From Frankiales bacterium (GTDB taxonomy: Bacteria; Actinomycetota; Actinomycetes; JAWWOL01), in contig JAWWOL010000007.1 of the NCBI GenBank assembly GCA_033851695.1, forward strand, positions 1 to 39,398: 39,398 bases of DNA. The letters run 5' to 3'. Under the pieces are notes generated by a model, which had not been told where the DNA came from, ran no database searches, and was given only the letters and a program-made list of their open reading frames with translations. Both the position numbers and the translations under genes were made by a program. This document shows, piece after piece, positions 35,011 through 39,398 of this stretch (positions are counted from its first letter, which is position 1; every line of letters starts with the position of its first letter).

Positions 35011-36279
35011 ATGCCCAGCTGCGACACGGTTTTCGTCGGCCGGCGGGTCGTGCTGAGAGGCGGGGTCCGACCCGCCTGCGTTGCGGTCGCGGACAGGCGG
35101 GTCGTCGCGGTCACGTCCTTCGACGACCTGCCGACCGCACGTCGTACGGTGCGCCTCGGTGACGACGAGGTGCTGCTGCCGGGGCTGGTGGACAGCCACG
35201 TGCACCTGCAGAACCCAGGGCACGGTGACTGGGAGGACCTGCCGTCGGCGACCGTGGAGGCCGTCCGCGCAGGGGTGACCACGTTGGTGGACATGCCGGT
35301 GGACAGCGAGCCGGTGACGGTCGACCTGGCCTCGCTGGCCGCCAAGCGGTCGGCGATGGAGGGCAGCGTCTTCACCGATGTCGGGCTGTGGGGCGGCGTG
35401 GTCCCTGGCAACCTCGGCTCGCTGGGGTCGCTCGTCGACGCCGGTGTCCTGGGGTTCAAGGCGTTCATGGTCTCGCCGGGGCTCGAGGCGTTCCCACCGG
35501 TGGACGCCGCCCAGCTGCGGACCGCACTCGCCGAGTTGCTTCCGTACGGTGTGCCGCTGCTGGTCCATGCCGAGACACCCGTCGCGGACTTGGGATCGGT
35601 GGACTACCAAGGGTTTCTGGCGTCGCGGCCGCCGGTGACCGAGGTGTGTGCCGTCTCGGCGGTGGTCGAGGCGGTTGCCGAGACGCTCGGCTGGGCGCAC
35701 GTCGTCCATGTGTCCGCCGCGGCCTCGTTGGAGGTGCTGGCGGCGGCTCAGGCGCGTGGACTGCGGGTGACCGCGGAGACCTGCCCGCACTACCTGACCT
35801 CGGTGGTCGCCAAGACGACGCCGCCGGTGCGCGGGGCCGCGGACGCCGACGGGCTGTGGATCGGTCTCGCGGACGGCGTTCTCGGGCTGATCGTCTCCGA
35901 CCACTCGCCCTGCTCGCCGGCGCAGCCGGTCACCTCCTTCGCCGACGCGGCGCCCGGAGTCGCTGCGGCACATCTGCGGCTGCCGGTGACCTGGTCGGCG
36001 ATGCGCCGTCGCGGCTACACGCTCACCGACCTCGTACGGTGGTGCTGCTCCGGTCCGGCCGACCTCGCCGGACTCCCCGGCAAGGGGCGGATCGCGGTCG
36101 GTGCCGACGCCGACCTCGTCGTGTTCGCTCCGGATGCCGCGGTCAGCGTCGAACCCGGCCGCAGGCAGACCCCGTACGACGGTCAGCGGCTGACCGGGGC
36201 TGTCCGGGGCACGTGGCTGGGTGGGCGCGAGGTCGACGACGTGCCGCGCGGGCGGCTGCTGCGCAGGGGACGGGGCTGA
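35011..36279 (+). CDS. allB: Allantoinase-like cyclic amidohydrolase
   Basis: PGLVDSHVH, GVTTLVDMP, GFKAF (carbamylated Lys), VHAE, HVVHVS, ETCPHYL, SDHSP and GADADLVVF. Divergent from typical AllB. Confidence 0.78.
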   Translation: MPSCDTVFVGRRVVLRGGVRPACVAVADRRVVAVTSFDDLPTARRTVRLGDDEVLLPGLVDSHVHLQNPGHGDWEDLPSATVEAVRAGVTTLVDMPVDSEPVTVDLASLAAKRSAMEGSVFTDVGLWGGVVPGNLGSLGSLVDAGVLGFKAFMVSPGLEAFPPVDAAQLRTALAELLPYGVPLLVHAETPVADLGSVDYQGFLASRPPVTEVCAVSAVVEAVAETLGWAHVVHVSAAASLEVLAAAQARGLRVTAETCPHYLTSVVAKTTPPVRGAADADGLWIGLADGVLGLIVSDHSPCSPAQPVTSFADAAPGVAAAHLRLPVTWSAMRRRGYTLTDLVRWCCSGPADLAGLPGKGRIAVGADADLVVFAPDAAVSVEPGRRQTPYDGQRLTGAVRGTWLGGREVDDVPRGRLLRRGRG

Positions 36280-36281
36280 CG

Positions 36282-37016
36282 GTGCGGATCCTGCTGGTCA
36301 ACGTCAACACCTCCGTCGAAGCCACGGAGGCGATGGTCTCGGCCGCTTCGGTGAAGTCAGCGCCGGGGACCGAGATCGTCGGGCTGACGCCGGCCTATGG
36401 CTCGGCCGGCGTGGACAGCAACGTGCAGAGCCTCCTGGCGGCGGTGGGCATGATGGACGTGGTGCGGTCCTACGCCGAGCCGTTCGAGGCAGTGGTGGTC
36501 GGCGGGTTCGGGGAACACGGCCGGGAAGGCCTGCAGGAGCTGCTCGACGTACCGGTGCTCGACATTGCCGAGTGCGCAGCCCATGTGGCGATGATGCTCG
36601 GCCGCACCTTCTCGGTGGTGACGACCCTGCAGCGGTCGGTGGCGCAGGTCGAGGACCGGCTGCTGCTGGCCGGCCTGATGGCGCGGTGCGTCTCCGTGCG
36701 CGCCGTCGGGCTGTCGACCCGGGAGCTGGATGACGACCCGAGCTTGTCTGCGGCGGCCATCGTGGAGGCTGCCCGGCACACGGTCGTCGAGGACCACGCT
36801 GAGGTGGTGGTGCTCGGCTGCGGCGGCATGGCGGGGCTCGACGACCTCGTGTCAGCGGCCGTCGGCGTGCCTGTCATCGACGGTGTCGCCGCGGCCGTCT
36901 CCCTGGCAGAGTCCCTGGTACGACTGGGTCTGCACACCTCGAGCGTCGGATCATGTGCCCCACCCGACCTGTCCGCGACCACCTGGCCCATCCCCTCTGG
37001 AGACCCCGATGTCTGA
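36282..37016 (+). CDS. Asp/Glu/hydantoin racemase family protein (allantoin racemase-like)
   Basis: RILLVNVNT, GEHGREGLQELL, FSVVTTL and VLGCGGMAGL. GTG start at 36282. Confidence 0.88.
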   Translation: MRILLVNVNTSVEATEAMVSAASVKSAPGTEIVGLTPAYGSAGVDSNVQSLLAAVGMMDVVRSYAEPFEAVVVGGFGEHGREGLQELLDVPVLDIAECAAHVAMMLGRTFSVVTTLQRSVAQVEDRLLLAGLMARCVSVRAVGLSTRELDDDPSLSAAAIVEAARHTVVEDHAEVVVLGCGGMAGLDDLVSAAVGVPVIDGVAAAVSLAESLVRLGLHTSSVGSCAPPDLSATTWPIPSGDPDV

Positions 37017-37467
37017 CGTTGCCCCGATCGTGCCTGCCGACTTCGACGTGCCGCTTTTTCTTGACGGGCCGGGGTTCCGCCTCGAGCAGCTGCGGGTGGC
37101 GCTCAACGTCGGGGACTTCGCGGCTTGGCACGGTAGTCAGGAGCACATCCACGCGACACCTGGCTTCGAAGGTCGCGACTGGCCGGTGGACGACTACACG
37201 CTGGAGCAGAACGAAGCCGATCTCGCCGAGCACGAGGAGGACTTCGCCAAGCGGATCGGGTTCACGTACACCGTGCTCGATCCCTCGACCGGCGAGGTGA
37301 TCGGCTGCGTCTACCTCTACCCCCCGAAGCGGGCGGGCTTCGACCTCGACGCGCGGTCGTGGGTGCGCGCCGACCACGCCTCCCTCGACAAGCCGCTGTA
37401 CGACGCGGTGCTGGCCTGGGTCGCCGCCGACTGGCCGTTCACGTCGGTGGACTATGCCCCGCGGTGA
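37009..37467 (+). CDS. GNAT-fold (RimJ/RimL-like) N-acetyltransferase-like protein
   Basis: ATG at 37009 overlaps the upstream stop. Motifs FRLE, FTYTVLDP, IGCVYLYP and SWVRAD. The family is inferred. Confidence 0.65.
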   Translation: MSDVAPIVPADFDVPLFLDGPGFRLEQLRVALNVGDFAAWHGSQEHIHATPGFEGRDWPVDDYTLEQNEADLAEHEEDFAKRIGFTYTVLDPSTGEVIGCVYLYPPKRAGFDLDARSWVRADHASLDKPLYDAVLAWVAADWPFTSVDYAPR

Positions 37468-37542
37468 CGTCGGCGCCCCGCCGACCTGACCTCGGGGTTC
37501 CCCTCTGGCGCGTGTCTGCGTTGCCCGCTGGGAGCGGGCAGC

Positions 37543-38523
37543 TCAGACACTCCGCGGACGCACTCCTCCCGGGCCGGGGCGGAAGCGGTCGCCGGCCGCG
37601 ATGATCGCCGGCTCGAAGTAGGGGCCGCTGCCGTGGCCGCCGGGGATGATCTGCAGCTCCGCGTCCGGCCATGCCTGCGCCAGCCGCCAGGCGGTGTCCG
37701 GCGGGGACCCCAGGTCCAGCCGCCCGTGGATGAGGACGCCGGGAATGCCGTGCAGCCGGTCGACGTCGGCCAGCAGCTGGCCCTCGGCGAGGAACCCGTG
37801 GTTGGCGAAGTAGTGCGTCACGATCCGGGCGAAGGCCTGCCGCCAGCGCAGGTCCTCGTACCGTGGCGTGGGCACCCAGCCGTCCTCGTGCTTGCCGAGC
37901 GAGTCCTCCCACGTGCACCAGTCGAATGCGGCCTGCTCGCGCACCGCGGCATCGGGGCTCTCCAGCAGGCGGTGGTAGGCCGCGACCAGGTTGCCGTGCC
38001 GGTACGGGTCGGGGACGCCGAGCCGGAACTGTTCCCACTCGGCAGGGAAGAAGCGCCCGACGCCGTGATAGAGCCAGTCCAGCTCTGCTCGCGTCGTGTT
38101 CGTGACGGCGACGAGGATGATCTCGCTGACCCTGTCCCGGTGCTCCTCGGCATAGGCGAGGGCGAGCGTCGCACCCCAGGAAGTCCCTCGTACCAACCAC
38201 TTCTCGATGCCCAGGTGCTCCCGGAGCAGCTCGATGTCGGCGACCAGGTGCTGGGTCGTGTTGGCTGAGAGCTCGGTCGAGGGCTCGCTGGCGTGCGGGG
38301 TGCTCCGGCCGCAGTTGCGCTGGTCGAACAGCACGATCCGGTAGCCGGCTGGGTCGAAGTCGCGCCGTGCTCCTTCGGTGCAGCCGGACCCGGGCCCACC
38401 GTGCAGGACGACTGCCGGCTTGCCGTCCGGGTTGCCGCAGGTCTCCCAGTAGACGAGGTTGCCGTCGCCGACGTCGAGCATCCCGCTGTCGTACGGCTCG
38501 ATCGGCGGATAGCGCTCAGCCAT
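37543..38523 (-). CDS. pip: Proline iminopeptidase (S33 alpha/beta hydrolase)
   Basis: YPPIEPY, GNPDGKP, LHGGPG, FDQRNCGRSTPHA, nucleophile GTSWG, HGRLD and GGH. Confidence 0.93.
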   Translation of the reverse strand: MAERYPPIEPYDSGMLDVGDGNLVYWETCGNPDGKPAVVLHGGPGSGCTEGARRDFDPAGYRIVLFDQRNCGRSTPHASEPSTELSANTTQHLVADIELLREHLGIEKWLVRGTSWGATLALAYAEEHRDRVSEIILVAVTNTTRAELDWLYHGVGRFFPAEWEQFRLGVPDPYRHGNLVAAYHRLLESPDAAVREQAAFDWCTWEDSLGKHEDGWVPTPRYEDLRWRQAFARIVTHYFANHGFLAEGQLLADVDRLHGIPGVLIHGRLDLGSPPDTAWRLAQAWPDAELQIIPGGHGSGPYFEPAIIAAGDRFRPGPGGVRPRSV

Positions 38524-38544
38524 GCACCGACCTTAGCGCCCGGG

Positions 38545-39099
38545 TCAGGCGGTCTGCAGCGCCTCGAGGAACAGCGCGGGGCAGTCGCGACCGGAGCTCA
38601 GGAACGCCTCGACCCCTTGCGGCTGGCGGTCGACGACAGCGTCCAGGGTCCAGGCCCCGTCCACCAGCAGCAGCCGTGCGGCGCCGGTCGGGGTCACCCA
38701 CAGCGCGCGCTCACCGACGCGGACCACCCGTACGTTGCCGTTGTCAGCAACTGCCGACCGGGCCGGCTCGACCGGGTCGGTGAGGTCGCGCCACAGCTCG
38801 AGGTAGGGCCGCCCGTCGTGGAAGTTGCCGCGCTCGGCGAAGCCACCGGCGAAGGCCACCATCTCGCCGGTGTCCTCGAAGTTGTCGCCCGAGGTCTCGA
38901 CCACGTGGATCCAGGTCACCCTGCTGCCGACGACGGTCGTGACCCCGGCGAAGGCCCAGCGCTTCTCGGGGCCCAGGCGCAGGTCCGCGTAGTCGTCGCC
39001 GACCTGCAGCCACATCACGTCCTCGGTCTCGCGCAGCGGCCCGTCGCCCACGGCGATCCCGTCGCGACGCCACCCGCCGGCCTGGGGCAACAGGCTCAT
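38545..39099 (-). CDS. Hypothetical beta-barrel protein, HRI1-like
   Basis: 184 aa with YADLR..WAFAG..W.H....D.G....ERG....YLELW. TGATG overlap with the upstream gene. Confidence 0.6.
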   Translation of the reverse strand: MSLLPQAGGWRRDGIAVGDGPLRETEDVMWLQVGDDYADLRLGPEKRWAFAGVTTVVGSRVTWIHVVETSGDNFEDTGEMVAFAGGFAERGNFHDGRPYLELWRDLTDPVEPARSAVADNGNVRVVRVGERALWVTPTGAARLLLVDGAWTLDAVVDRQPQGVEAFLSSGRDCPALFLEALQTA

Positions 39100-39398
39100 C
39101 AGGTCAACTCCTTGATCAGCAGGGGCCAGACGTGGGGGTCGTGGCCGGGGACCATCCGGTAGCCCTTCTCGCGGGCGATCGCCTTGAGCCGGAGGAGTGG
39201 TTCGAGGGTCTCCTCGGGGTGGACGCCGATGGTGCCGCCGACCGGCTTCTCGTCGTCGATGTTCTCCTGCAGGTCGGCAGCGTCGAAGGCGAAGACGAAG
39301 CCGCCACCACCCACCGAGGGATCGAGGTCGACCACGAAGCTCTGGTGGCCGGGCGTGTGCCCAGCGGTCAGGATCGCCGTGACACCAGGCGCGATCTC
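39099..39398 (-). CDS. Metallo-beta-lactamase fold protein, N-acyl-homoserine lactonase family (3' part only)
   Basis: The frame is open to the window edge: EIAPGV...TAGHTPGHQS...FDAAD...VPGHDP. Confidence 0.82.
   Translation of the reverse strand, partial: EIAPGVTAILTAGHTPGHQSFVVDLDPSVGGGGFVFAFDAADLQENIDDEKPVGGTIGVHPEETLEPLLRLKAIAREKGYRMVPGHDPHVWPLLIKELT

Overview
This is a very GC-rich, gene-dense window from an actinomycete-like chromosome (taxon inferred from gene content). No rRNA, tRNA, CRISPR array, integrase or transposase was seen. Six blocks, left to right: (1) the end of deoC plus two aldehyde dehydrogenases; (2) a complete csnR-EFG-H-K type chitosan-oligosaccharide uptake cluster with a palindromic AGGAAA-N-TTTCCT operator; (3) an envelope/phosphate island with DedA, a GT87-like membrane protein, two COG4705/DUF347 paralogues, an OmpR-family two-component system and an atypical secreted alkaline-phosphatase-family protein, where four promoters share an 11-bp-period CTCAY/GACAY direct repeat; (4) a minus-strand nucleoside salvage block (upp, BMP-type ABC transporter, cdd, deoA, a PHYHD1-like dioxygenase, a GYD protein); (5) a guanidine-I (ykkC-yxkD) riboswitch with a coupled leader ORF in front of a Dpp/Opp-type ABC transporter and an agmatinase-family ureohydrolase, followed by divergent allantoicase, allantoinase and single-cysteine racemase-fold genes; (6) proline iminopeptidase, an HRI1-like protein and a partial AHL-lactonase-family gene. 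The best candidates for undescribed systems are the riboswitch-linked catabolic locus (5) and the COG4705/DedA two-component regulon (3). All calls come from reading motifs by eye; no database search was run.
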